Positions 51,095 to 60,837 of a stretch of DNA of 64,000 bases are shown here, piece after piece. The notes under the pieces are model-generated. The model searched no databases. It was not told the origin of the DNA and worked only from the letters and a program-made list of their open reading frames with translations. This stretch comes from Candidatus Eiseniibacteriota bacterium (GTDB lineage Bacteria > Eisenbacteria > RBG-16-71-46 > JABDJR01). Made by a program: the position numbers and the translations under genes. Within the stretch, counting starts at the first letter, position 1. Each line of letters begins with the position of its first letter. The stretch spans positions 864,001-928,000 of the forward strand of contig CAWANH010000029.1 in assembly GCA_963783375.1 (NCBI GenBank), read 5' to 3'.

Positions 51095-52249
51095 CTACTC
51101 CAGCCAGGAGGTGGGATAAGCGGGATCGTCCACCGCCATCACCGCCTTGGACACGGTGAGGGGGCGGAAGGTGTCCATCATCACCGCGATCTCGTTGGTC
51201 TCCTTGGCCCCGATCGAGGCCTCGGCCTTTCCGGGCTGGGGACCGTGGGGCAACCCGTCGGGGTGGTACGTTGCCGAGGCGAACTCCATCCCCTTCCGGC
51301 TCATGAACTCCCCTCCCGCGTAGAACAGGACCTCCTCGCTCTGCACGTTGGAGTGGTTGTAGGGGGCGGGAACGGCATCGGGGTCGAAATCGAAGGGCCG
51401 GGGGACGAAGGAACACACCACGAACCCGGTGCCCTCGAAGGTCTGATGGACCGGGGGCGGCTGGTGGATCCGGCCCACGATCGGCTCGAAGTCGCGGATG
51501 TTGAAGGCGAAGGGAAAATAGGTGCCGTCCCACCCCACCACGTCGAAGGGATGGGCACGCACCACGTGGCGGGTCACCGTATCCCGTTGCTTGGTGAGGA
51601 TGGAGTACTCCCCGGTCTCGTCCACGGTGCGGAGCCGGCCGGGGACCCGGATGTCGCGCTCGGTGAAGGGCGCCCCCTCCTTCATCTGGCCGTTCTCGTT
51701 CCGATAGCGGGCGGGAATCCGGATCGGGGTGGCGGACTCGATCACCAGGAACCGGTGCCCGCCCCCCTCCAGTTCATAGCGGTGAACGACCCCGCGCGGA
51801 ACCTGAAGATAGTCCCCCTCGCCGAAGGGGAGGTCTCCGAAGGGGGACTCAAGCACCCCGCGGCCCTCGACCACGTAGAGGAGTTCGTCCGCCTGGCCGT
51901 TCCGGTAGAAGCCGTCGTGGGCGCCGGTGGGCCGGACGAAGAGCAAGGCCACGTCGCGGTTGTAGACCACCGGAGTCCGGTCCAGGAAAATGTCCCCGCT
52001 CGGGGGGAGTTGGCCGAGGCGGAAGTGGTAGGGGCGGAGTGCGCGCTCCGCCGCCGGTTCCCAGCGAAGGTCCTTCACGACCTCGTAACGCAGGAGCTGG
52101 GTGGGCCGGTGGATGCGGTAGAGGAGGGACGAGGCCCCGGCGAAGCCCTTGTTTCCCATCAACTCCTCGTAGTAGATCCCCTCCCCGGGCTTCCGAAACG
52201 CGGTGTGGCGCTTGGGAGGGATCGTTCCCCGCTGCTGGTAGATGGGCAT
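51095..52249 (-). CDS. hmgA: Homogentisate 1,2-dioxygenase (short type)
   Basis: HPFDVVGWDG, HQPPPVHQTF, PYNHSN, HGPQPG; start overlaps hppD stop. Confidence 0.92.
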   Translation of the reverse strand: MPIYQQRGTIPPKRHTAFRKPGEGIYYEELMGNKGFAGASSLLYRIHRPTQLLRYEVVKDLRWEPAAERALRPYHFRLGQLPPSGDIFLDRTPVVYNRDVALLFVRPTGAHDGFYRNGQADELLYVVEGRGVLESPFGDLPFGEGDYLQVPRGVVHRYELEGGGHRFLVIESATPIRIPARYRNENGQMKEGAPFTERDIRVPGRLRTVDETGEYSILTKQRDTVTRHVVRAHPFDVVGWDGTYFPFAFNIRDFEPIVGRIHQPPPVHQTFEGTGFVVCSFVPRPFDFDPDAVPAPYNHSNVQSEEVLFYAGGEFMSRKGMEFASATYHPDGLPHGPQPGKAEASIGAKETNEIAVMMDTFRPLTVSKAVMAVDDPAYPTSWLE

Positions 52250-53343
52250 TACAGGTTTCCCCGGCGGGCCTGCTCCCGTTCGATAGCCTCGAACAGCGCC
52301 TTGAAATTCCCCTTCCCGAACCCCTGACAACCCCGGCGCTGGATGATCTCGTAGAACAGGGTGGGCCGGTCCTCCACCGGCTTGGAAAAGAGCTGGAGAA
52401 GGTACCCCTCGTCGTCCCGGTCGATCAGGATGCCCAAATCCTGGACCGCCTTCCGCGACTCCTTGATCTCCCCCACCCGATCCCAGATCAGTCGGTAGTA
52501 GCTGTCGGGGACGGTGAGGAACTCCACCCCCCGCTCACGGAGCCGGGACACGGTTTGGATGATATCTCCGGTCAGAAGCGCCACGTGCTGCACCCCGGGT
52601 CCCAGGTAGAAATCGAGGTACTCATCGATCTGGCTCTTCTTCCGGCCGGGGGCGGGCTCGTTCAAAGGGAACTTGATCCGCCCGCTCCCGTTCGACATCA
52701 CCTTGGACATGAGCGCCGAGTACTCGGTCGAGATGTCCTTGTCGTCGAAGCTCATGAACCGGCGGAAGCCGAAGACCTCCTCGTAGTAGCCGGCCCAGAC
52801 GTCCATCTTCCCCAGCTCCACGTTCCCCACCATGTGATCGATGGCCAGGAGCCCCACGTCGGCGCTCGGAACCTCGTCGGCCGCGTATCCGGGGAGAAAC
52901 GGCCCGTCGTAGTCGTTCAATTGGATGAGGCTGTGGATGGTGTCGCCGTAGGTGGCGATCCCCGCCCGCTCGACCGAGCCGTGCTCGTCGCTGTCGGTGC
53001 GCGGTTTGTAGTCGGCCTTCCCTCCCCGAGCCACCGAGGCGCGGAAGCTCTGCCCCACGTCCTCCACCTCGAAGGCGATGTCCTTCACCCCGTCCCCGTG
53101 AAGCTTCAGGTGTTCCACCATCGGCCCCTCGGGCTGGAGCGGCGTGGTGAAGACGAAGACGATCTTCCCCTGGCGGAGCGCGTAGGAGGCGCGGTCCCGG
53201 ACTCCGGTCTCGGGACCCGCGTAGGCGAAGCGGCTGAATCCGAAGGCGTTCCGGTAGTAGTACTCGGCCTGTTTGGCGTTTCCCACCCAGAACTCCACGT
53301 GATGAATCGACTTGAGAGGCAGTTCGTCGTCATGCTTGGGCAT
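52249..53343 (-). CDS. hppD: 4-hydroxyphenylpyruvate dioxygenase
   Basis: [40 protein letters not shown]. Confidence 0.97.
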   Translation of the reverse strand: MPKHDDELPLKSIHHVEFWVGNAKQAEYYYRNAFGFSRFAYAGPETGVRDRASYALRQGKIVFVFTTPLQPEGPMVEHLKLHGDGVKDIAFEVEDVGQSFRASVARGGKADYKPRTDSDEHGSVERAGIATYGDTIHSLIQLNDYDGPFLPGYAADEVPSADVGLLAIDHMVGNVELGKMDVWAGYYEEVFGFRRFMSFDDKDISTEYSALMSKVMSNGSGRIKFPLNEPAPGRKKSQIDEYLDFYLGPGVQHVALLTGDIIQTVSRLRERGVEFLTVPDSYYRLIWDRVGEIKESRKAVQDLGILIDRDDEGYLLQLFSKPVEDRPTLFYEIIQRRGCQGFGKGNFKALFEAIEREQARRGNL

Positions 53344-53384
53344 GGGTCGCGATTCCTTTTCTGTAGACGTCCCGGACCCGCCGG

Positions 53385-56300
53385 TCAGACCTCGGCCATC
53401 GCCTCGCGCACCGAAAAGTACCGGGCGTCGGGATGGTGGAGGACGAGGGCGGAGACCGAAGCCTCGGGCTCCATCATGTACCCGTCGGTGAGTTCGACCC
53501 CGATCCTTCGCTGGGGCTCGAGGAGACGCCAGAGCGCCGCCTGGTCCTCGAGGTCGGGGCAGGCCGGATAGCCGAAGGAGACCCGAAGGCCGCGGTAACG
53601 GGCCTGAAAAATGTCCTTGGGGGAAAGCTCCGGCGGATCCGGGAAGCCCCACATCGCGCGGATCTTCCGGTGGAGGAACTCCGCGAACCCTTCCGCGCTC
53701 TCGATGGCCAGGGCCTGGAGCGCGTAGGATTTCAGGTACTCCCCCGCCTCCTTCCAGGCCTCGGCGCGGTCCCTCACCCCGCTCCCGCAGGTCACCACGA
53801 AAGCGGCGAGATAGTCGGTGCGCCCGGAGGACTTCGGCGCGAACCAGTCGGCCAGGCACAGACGATCCCGGTCGCTCTGGCGGGGGAAATCGAAGCGGGC
53901 GATCTCGGGACCGCCGGGACGCTCGACCAGGACCACGCTGTCCCCGTCCGCCTGCGCCGCGTAGAACCGGTAGACCGCCCGGGGGGTCATGAGCCCGAGG
54001 CTCAGCACCTCGTCCTTGAGCGCCTCCACCGCCTCCTCGAGCTTGGCCGTCTTGACGTCGCCCTGCTCGCGGAGCCGCTCGATCGACCCTCGGAGCCCCA
54101 GGTGCTTCACGTAGAGCATCTGGGGGTTCACGAAGGGGAAGATCTCCTCGAGCCCGACGTTCTCCACCACGTGGAGCTTCAGGTCCGGCGGCTCGGGGAT
54201 CTCCACCTCGCGCCACCCCGCCACCGGCGCCGCCGGGGCGGTCGCGCTTTCCGGAACCGCCACCGGAGCGGCCTCGCGCCGACCCGCCCGCTCGGCGAAG
54301 AGCGCGTCCCGGCGGGACGGGTCCACCAACCGTTGGGCCACGCCGAGCCCGTCCATGGCGTCCCGGCAGTAGATCACCGGCCCCGGGTACCCGGCGGCGA
54401 TCCGGGTCTCGGTGAACTTCCGGGTGAGCGCCGCCCCCCCCACGAGAATCGGGGCGGACACGCCGGCCTCGGCCAGATCCTGGGCGGTCACCACCATCTG
54501 TTGGGCGGACTTCACCAGGAGCCCGGAGAGGCCGATCATGTCCGGCCGGTGCTTCTTGGCCGCATCGATCAGGTCCTGGGGCGGGACCTTGATGCCCAGA
54601 TTCACCACCTCGAATCCGTTGTTGGCGAGCACGATCTCCACCAGGTTCTTCCCGATGTCGTGCACGTCGCCCTTCACCGTGGCCAGCATCACCTTGCCCC
54701 GGCTCCGGCTGTCCGCCTTCTCCATGTAGGGCTCGAGGTGCGACACCGCCGCCTTCATGGCTTCGGCGCTCTGGAGCACTTCGGCCACGATGAGCTCGTT
54801 CCGGTTGAAGAGGCGCCCCACCTCGTCCATCCCCTTCATGAGCGGACCGTTGATGATCTGGAGCGGCGGAGTCCCGGCCCGCGCCCGCTCCAGGTCCTCG
54901 ATCAGCCCGTCCCGGGATCCCTCGATGATGTAGTCGGCGAGCCGCTCCTCGAGGCTCCGGTTCTCCTTCTTCGGCTTCGTGCGGGTGGCGGAACGGTTCC
55001 GGTAGAACGCGGCGAACGCGGCGATCGGGTCCTCTCCCCGGTCCATGAGCAGGTCCTCGGCCAGGCGCCGCTCCTCCTCGGGAATGGACGCGTAGCGCTC
55101 CAGCTTCTCGCTGTTCACGATGGCCAGATCCAGTCCGGCCTCGATGCAGTGGTGGAGGAAGACCGAGTTCAGGACCTCGCGTCCCGCAGGGGGAAGGCCG
55201 AAGGAGACGTTGGAGATCCCCAGGATGGTCTTCGATCGCGGAAACGCCTCCTTGATGAGGCGGACCCCCTCGATGGTCTCCACCGCACTCCCCACGTAGG
55301 CCCGGTCCCCGGTGGCGCAGGGAAAGACCAGGGGGTCGAAGATCAGGTCCTCCTCGGGAACGCCGTAGTCGCGGGTAAGGAGTTCGTGGGAGCGCCGGGC
55401 GATCTCGAGCTTCCGCGCCCGGGTCACCGCCATCCCCTGCTGGGGATCCTCGTCGATGGTGCCGACCACCAGGGCCGCGCCGAACTTCCGGGCCAGGGGG
55501 ACCACGGCCCGGAACCGTTCCTCCCCGTCCTCCAGGTTCACCGAGTTGATGATCGACTTCCCCTGGCAGCGCCGGAGCGAGCGATCGATCACCGCGGCGT
55601 CGGTGCTGTCGATCATGAGGGGGAGTTTCACCTTGCGGGCCACGCGCTCCAGAAACCGGTCCATGTCCGCCGTCTCGTCCCGGTCGGGGTCGGCCAGGCA
55701 GACGTCCAGCACGTGCGCCCCTCCCCGCATCTGCCGGCGTCCGATCTCCGCGGCCTCCTCGAACTGCCCGGCCTGGATCAGGGACTTGAACTTGCGGCTC
55801 CCGATGACGTTGGTGCGCTCTCCCACGATGATCGGGCGGTTTTCTTCCTCGAGGGAGAGAAAGTCGATGCCGGATACCCGCGAGAAGCGACCGTGGACCG
55901 GGGTCCGAGGCGCCTTCCCCGACACGGCGGCGGCGATGGCCCGGATGTACTCCGGCGTGGTGCCGCAGCAGCCTCCCACCAGGTTCACCCACCCGTGCTC
56001 GGCGAAGCGCCCGAGCACCGAGGCCAGCTTCTCCGGGGACTCGTTGTAGCGCCCGTCCTCGTCGGGGAGCCCGGCGTTGGGAACGCAGGAAACCGCGCAC
56101 TCGGCGATCGCGGCCAGGGAGCGCACGTGGTCGGTCATGAAGGAGGGGCCGGTGGCGCAGTTGAGCCCGATGGCCAGGAGGTCCAGGTGCTCCAGGCTGG
56201 CATAGAGCGCCTCCACTCCCTGTCCGGCCAGCATGGCGCCCATCGGCTCGATGGTCCCGGAGATCGCCATCGGCACCCGGCGCCCGACGATCTCCGCGGC

Positions 56301-56846
56301 CTCGGCAATCCCCAGGGTGGCCGCCTTCACGTTCAGGGTATCCTGGGAGGTCTCCACCATCAGGAAATCGGCTCCCCCCTCGATCAGACCCGCCGCCTGC
56401 TCGCGGTAGTGGGCAACCATTTCGTCGAAGGTGACCCCCCCGGTGACCGAGATGGTCTTGGTGGTCGGGCCCATGCTGCCGGCCACGAAACGGGGCTTGT
56501 CGGGGGTCGCGAACTCCGCCGCCGCTCGAACGGCGATCTCCGCCGCGGCGCGGTTCAGTTCCCGGGCCCGTTCGGCCAGACCGTACTCGGCCAGGACCAG
56601 GGGCGTCCCCCCGAAGGTGTCGGTCTCGATGATGTCGGCGCCGGCGGCGAGGAAGCTCCGATGGATGTCGAGGATCGCCCCGGGATTCACCACGCTCAGG
56701 TACTCGTTGCACCCGTCGAACTCCGCCCCCCCGAACGCCTCCGGATCCAGGTCGAGGTTCTGGATGGAGGTCCCCATCGCCCCGTCCAGGACGAGGATGC
56801 GGCGGGTCATGAGGTCCTTGAGCAGGACGATTCGGTCATCGGGCAC
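53385..56846 (-). CDS. metH: Cobalamin-dependent methionine synthase
   Basis: [42 protein letters not shown]. Confidence 0.97.
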   Translation of the reverse strand: MPDDRIVLLKDLMTRRILVLDGAMGTSIQNLDLDPEAFGGAEFDGCNEYLSVVNPGAILDIHRSFLAAGADIIETDTFGGTPLVLAEYGLAERARELNRAAAEIAVRAAAEFATPDKPRFVAGSMGPTTKTISVTGGVTFDEMVAHYREQAAGLIEGGADFLMVETSQDTLNVKAATLGIAEAAEIVGRRVPMAISGTIEPMGAMLAGQGVEALYASLEHLDLLAIGLNCATGPSFMTDHVRSLAAIAECAVSCVPNAGLPDEDGRYNESPEKLASVLGRFAEHGWVNLVGGCCGTTPEYIRAIAAAVSGKAPRTPVHGRFSRVSGIDFLSLEEENRPIIVGERTNVIGSRKFKSLIQAGQFEEAAEIGRRQMRGGAHVLDVCLADPDRDETADMDRFLERVARKVKLPLMIDSTDAAVIDRSLRRCQGKSIINSVNLEDGEERFRAVVPLARKFGAALVVGTIDEDPQQGMAVTRARKLEIARRSHELLTRDYGVPEEDLIFDPLVFPCATGDRAYVGSAVETIEGVRLIKEAFPRSKTILGISNVSFGLPPAGREVLNSVFLHHCIEAGLDLAIVNSEKLERYASIPEEERRLAEDLLMDRGEDPIAAFAAFYRNRSATRTKPKKENRSLEERLADYIIEGSRDGLIEDLERARAGTPPLQIINGPLMKGMDEVGRLFNRNELIVAEVLQSAEAMKAAVSHLEPYMEKADSRSRGKVMLATVKGDVHDIGKNLVEIVLANNGFEVVNLGIKVPPQDLIDAAKKHRPDMIGLSGLLVKSAQQMVVTAQDLAEAGVSAPILVGGAALTRKFTETRIAAGYPGPVIYCRDAMDGLGVAQRLVDPSRRDALFAERAGRREAAPVAVPESATAPAAPVAGWREVEIPEPPDLKLHVVENVGLEEIFPFVNPQMLYVKHLGLRGSIERLREQGDVKTAKLEEAVEALKDEVLSLGLMTPRAVYRFYAAQADGDSVVLVERPGGPEIARFDFPRQSDRDRLCLADWFAPKSSGRTDYLAAFVVTCGSGVRDRAEAWKEAGEYLKSYALQALAIESAEGFAEFLHRKIRAMWGFPDPPELSPKDIFQARYRGLRVSFGYPACPDLEDQAALWRLLEPQRRIGVELTDGYMMEPEASVSALVLHHPDARYFSVREAMAEV

Positions 56847-56959
56847 GTCGGTGTCCTCGGGTCGGAGAAGGAAGCGGGCGGCGGGGCGCGGGCGGGCCCG
56901 CCGGCCGGATATACGCCGGCCGCGGAGCGCGCTCGTCGCCCTCCCACGGTCGAACATGC

Positions 56960-56968
56960 ATTGTAGCA
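56960..56968 (-). promoter_or_regulatory. Extended -10 TGcTACAAT for metH
   Basis: About 115 nt upstream of the GTG start. Confidence 0.55.
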
Positions 56969-57146
56969 AACACGGTTACGGGGTCGAGGGGCGGGGACGG
57001 TCCCTCCCTCCCGGGGACCGGTCCGAGGCCTCGGCGGGCGCGCGCCGGGGCCCTTGGGCACGAAGAGAGCCGGGGATCGGTGCCGATCCCCGGCTCGTGA
57101 CGGTCATGACGGTTGCGGGCGGGCGGCCGCCCTTCCCACCGGGCGG

Positions 57147-57413
57147 CTAGGGGCGCCTCCCGCCGGGCTGTTCCCGGGCGAGGTCCACCCGGATGGCCCG
57201 TCCGTCGAGCATCTGTCCGTCCATCTCCTTGGCCGCCGCTTCCGCCGACTCCTCGGAGGTGAAGGTTACGAACCCGAATCCCCGGGAACGACCGGTGTCC
57301 CGGTCCTGAACGACCCGCGCCTCCATGATCTCTCCGAAGGCGGAGAACGCCTCCTGCAGGCTGGTGTCATCCGTCTTCCACGCCAAACCACCGATAAAGA
57401 GCTTCTTGGCCAT
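57147..57413 (-). CDS. RRM-domain RNA-binding protein
   Basis: RNP2 LFIGGL, RNP1 RGFGFVTF. Confidence 0.96.
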   Translation of the reverse strand: MAKKLFIGGLAWKTDDTSLQEAFSAFGEIMEARVVQDRDTGRSRGFGFVTFTSEESAEAAAKEMDGQMLDGRAIRVDLAREQPGGRRP

Positions 57414-57638
57414 ATCGCGACTCGCACTCCACTTGGTGCGCGCCGTCGGGATCGAGGTTCCCTCGGGACGCGCGTCTACAGGCATCCGCGGAAACGTGTG
57501 GAGAAGGACCGGTAGGAACCGAAGCCGGGTTAGCGCTTGGAGGCCCCGAGGTCTTCTTGCAGCATCGTAAGCGCGGCGATCTCGATCCGGCCGCCGGGGC
57601 CGGCGTTCCGGCCGAGACGAGACAACCGGAACGATCCT

Positions 57639-57667
57639 AAACTATGTCGCCCGGTTGCCAGAATCAA
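57639..57667 (-). promoter_or_regulatory. sigma70-type promoter TTGATT-17-TAGTTT for the RRM gene
   Basis: Exact spacer; implies a leader of about 220 nt. Confidence 0.5.
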
Positions 57668-57894
57668 GCGAAAAGCTTCTAACCTGTCTCGATCCAGCAG
57701 TTTCCGGACGTACGCCCGCGAGAGACGCCCGACGCGGCGGGCGCGCGGGGATCCGGGGGGCGACCCGGCTCGCCGACACCCGGTTAACCTTTTTAGTATT
57801 AAGTGATTACATCTGTTGTTTCAAGAAACTTCTCTGGACCCGGAACCCGGCCGGTCCGCCCTGTGAACCGGGGCGTGGAGCTCCGCCGATCGGC

Positions 57895-59151
57895 TCAGGG
57901 CTCCGGCGGAAAGAGGTATTCGAGGATGGTGCCCAGACGCGCGGACCACGCCGCCTCGTTGTGGAGCGCGCCGGGATACTCGGCGTAGACCAGATCCCCG
58001 CCCAGGGTCCAACCCCGGGCCATGAGCGCGTCCCGGAGTCGCCGGGCGCCGGCCACGGTCTGCGCCGCGTCCTGGGCGTTGGCGCCCTCGGCGGTCCCGG
58101 TGTCGAGCCAGATGCGGGTGTCGGTCTTGGGGGCGGCGCTCACCCGGCTCACGATGTCCTCGTCCGCCCACCACACCGACGGCGACACCACCCCGATCCG
58201 CGAGTACACCTCGGGATGGCGGAGCGCGAGGTACATGGAGACCAGACCCCCCAGGGACGAACCGGCCACCCCGGTGTGCCCGCGATCCGGCAACGTGCGG
58301 TAGGCGGCGTCGATCGTCGGCTTCAGCTCCTCCACCAGGAAGCGACCGTAGTTCTCGGCGTCGCCCCCCCGCTGCTGCGCGTCGACCGCCGGAGTGTACT
58401 CGGCGATCCGGTCGGAGGTGTTGTAGACCCCCACCACGATGAGCGGGGCGATCCTGCCCTCGCCGATCAGCCGTTCCGCGGTCTCGTCCACGTTCCATTC
58501 CTGGCCCAGGAACCCGGTGGCGCGGTCGAAGAGATTCTGTCCGTCGTGCATGTAGAGGACCGGATAGCGACGGGAAGGATGGTCGTCGTAACCGGGAGGA
58601 AGGTAGACCGCCACGTCCCGGGCCGGCTCGAGGAAGCGGCTGGTCACGTTCCGGAGATAGCGAACGTCGCCGGTCACGGTGTGGGGAACCGCGCCTTCGA
58701 CCCAGTCCCGCCAGGTGGCCACCTCCACCCGGACGGTATCGTCCGCCACCACGAGGTGCCGGCGGTTGGGCAGCTCGGAGCCGTCGGCCGCTTTCTCCAC
58801 CGAATCCCATCCTCCCCGCGTCACCTTGAACTCGAGGGAGGTGCTCTCGGGAAAGGACGCCGTGGCCTCGTAGAGGCGGTCGCCCACGCGCCGGGCGGCC
58901 AGTCCCGTCCCACTCCAGTTTCCGAGGGACCCCTGGTTCCCCGAGATCCAGAGGACGGAGTCTTCGGGGGTCTTCTCGGGCACGGTGATCCGGAAAACGA
59001 CGATGGGGTCGCCGGGCGGGCCGGCCTCGGGCGCGGCCGGACTCGAGGCGCTCCCGCTGCATCCCAACGCCATGGCCAACCCCCACATCAAGAAGCCCCG
59101 TCGGAGCGCAAGGGCCCCGATTCCTCGCCGCCTTGCGTGTGTTCCCGACAC
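57895..59151 (-). CDS. Lipoprotein with CBM20-like domain and alpha/beta esterase domain
   Basis: Lipobox ALGC, ISGN..SLGNW, EFKVTRG.W, YMHDGQNLF, GSSLGG, HNEAAW. Confidence 0.85.
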   Translation of the reverse strand: MSGTHARRRGIGALALRRGFLMWGLAMALGCSGSASSPAAPEAGPPGDPIVVFRITVPEKTPEDSVLWISGNQGSLGNWSGTGLAARRVGDRLYEATASFPESTSLEFKVTRGGWDSVEKAADGSELPNRRHLVVADDTVRVEVATWRDWVEGAVPHTVTGDVRYLRNVTSRFLEPARDVAVYLPPGYDDHPSRRYPVLYMHDGQNLFDRATGFLGQEWNVDETAERLIGEGRIAPLIVVGVYNTSDRIAEYTPAVDAQQRGGDAENYGRFLVEELKPTIDAAYRTLPDRGHTGVAGSSLGGLVSMYLALRHPEVYSRIGVVSPSVWWADEDIVSRVSAAPKTDTRIWLDTGTAEGANAQDAAQTVAGARRLRDALMARGWTLGGDLVYAEYPGALHNEAAWSARLGTILEYLFPPEP

Positions 59152-59293
59152 CGATCCTCCCTTCCCGGCCGCGATTCCCGCTCCGCGGCGAGACCGGAGA
59201 GTCTACACCATGGAAAAGCAGTGGACTCGGGGGCGATTTTCCGGTAGCTCTATACGATTGGTAGGTTACCGCCGGGGCCTTACAGGGGGGGCC

Positions 59294-60319
59294 ATGCTCG
59301 ATCGTAGGCAGGAAGAGAGCGATGCCGCCCGGCGGGCCTACTGCCGGGACATCCTTCCCCATGTCTCCCGTACCTTTGCTCTCTCCATCCCGGTCCTGGA
59401 GGAACCCCTGCGCTTCCAGGTGGGAATCTCATACCTCCTCTGCCGGATCGTGGATACGGTGGAGGACCGCGACGACCTGGCTCCGGAGACCCGCCGCGCA
59501 CTCTTCGAGGAACTGACCCGCCTGGTCCGGGCTCCAGGCGACCAGGCGGCCCGGCGCCGCTTCCAGGAACTCCTCCCTCCCTACGGGGACGTTCACCACG
59601 AGAGCCTCCTCCGTCACGCCGGAGACGTATTCGACTGCTACGCGGCGATCGAACCCGGCGCGCGCCGGGATGTGAGCGAGTGCTTGGACGAGATGATCGG
59701 CGGCATGGCTTCCTACCCCGGCCCCGCGCGGGGGCCGGCTCCGGTGGAGGCCTGCCGGAACCTGGACGAGCTGGAGCGCTACTGTCACGTGGTGGCAGGG
59801 ACGGTGGGCATCCTCCTCTCCCGGTTCTTCGGGCGGGCGTTGGGCGATGCGGGCTGGCTCACTCCGGGGCGCGCCGAGTCGGGGCGGCGATTCGGGCTCG
59901 GACTCCAGCTCACCAACGTCATCAAGGATCACGATCGCGACGGACGGCGCGGGATCACCTACCTTCCCCGGGGGTGGTTCCAGCAGCTCGACGGCCGCAC
60001 GCTCCTCCGGCCGGAGGCCGCGCGCCGGGTGATCGTCCGCGCGCTGGAACACATGGACGCCGCCGAGGACTACATCCTCTCCCTCCCGCCGCGCCGGACG
60101 GACATGCGCCGCTTCTGCCTGTATGCCGCCCACCTGGCCCTGGCCACCCTGTACCTGGCCGCGCGACCCGATCCCCCTGGCGCGCCGGCCAAGGTGAGCC
60201 GCGAGGACGTGGCGGTGATCCTGGGACGCGTCGACCGCCACGCCGACGACGACGACGGTCTGCATTCGCTCTACCAGGGCTATCGCGACGCGGTGGCGGC
60301 GGCGGTCGACACGCTCTGA
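59294..60319 (+). CDS. Squalene/phytoene synthase family, squalene synthase-like
   Basis: VSRTFAL, YLLCRIVDTVED, CHVVAGTVG, GLQLTNVIKD. Confidence 0.88.
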   Translation: MLDRRQEESDAARRAYCRDILPHVSRTFALSIPVLEEPLRFQVGISYLLCRIVDTVEDRDDLAPETRRALFEELTRLVRAPGDQAARRRFQELLPPYGDVHHESLLRHAGDVFDCYAAIEPGARRDVSECLDEMIGGMASYPGPARGPAPVEACRNLDELERYCHVVAGTVGILLSRFFGRALGDAGWLTPGRAESGRRFGLGLQLTNVIKDHDRDGRRGITYLPRGWFQQLDGRTLLRPEAARRVIVRALEHMDAAEDYILSLPPRRTDMRRFCLYAAHLALATLYLAARPDPPGAPAKVSREDVAVILGRVDRHADDDDGLHSLYQGYRDAVAAAVDTL

Positions 60320-60448
60320 TTCCGCTCCGGCGCTCCCGTCCGTCCCGGGGCGCAACCCGAACGGCCGCGACGCCCGCGGAACGTCCCCGGCTGGCCCGGA
60401 CCAAGCAGAACCGGGGGCCCCGCTCGGGACCCCCGGTGCAATCGAATC

Positions 60449-60467
60449 GGAAACGCTCCGCGCTTCC
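60449..60467 (-). promoter_or_regulatory. Candidate bacterial SECIS hairpin GGAAGCGC-GGA-GCGTTTCC
   Basis: Loop begins with G, 36 nt after the in-frame TGA; could instead be a terminator. Confidence 0.35.
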
Positions 60468-60474
60468 CGGCCGG

Positions 60475-60684
60475 CTAGCCGCATCCCCCCGTGCCTCAGG
60501 TGGGCACGAAACGGGTCGGCGCGCCACCGCCACCGCCCCCGATGTGGGGGGCGCTGACCCTTCGGCTCGCCCCATCGTGGCCGCAGTCGGGGCAGGCCAC
60601 GTCGTCCCGGTCGCGCTCGGCGATCAGGAGATTCTCTTCGAACACCCGCCCGCAGGCCGGGCACTGGAAATCGTAGTTCGGCAT
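60475..60684 (-). CDS. FmdB-family zinc-ribbon protein; ends at TGA 60496 or reads through as Sec to TAG 60475
   Basis: MPNYDFQCPACG...CPDCG; tail PT(TGA)GTGGCG(TAG); GAGG RBS. Confidence 0.85.
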
Positions 60685-60837
60685 GATCGCTTCCTCGTTC
60701 GCTGCGGCCGCCCACGGCCTCCCATCCCTCTCGGCGCTACACACACCGGGTCCACCGGGTCGGACGCGATTCCCGCCGATCGGTCACACCCGAAACGGGG
60801 ACATCGCCGGGTGGCGATGCCTCGCCTCGGGTTCCGG

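Noticed and set aside
52249-56712. 1487-aa ORF suggesting a fusion onto HppD
   Set aside because: The upstream part is an off-frame reading of metH; HppD has its own RBS and ATG at 53343.
56890-56915. SahR site upstream of metH
   Set aside because: Only a GATAT half-site, with no matching left arm.
56847-56969. In-frame N-terminal extension of MetH
   Set aside because: Upstream starts fall within or 2 nt from the -10 box; the GTG at 56846 has an RBS and matches the normal MetH start.
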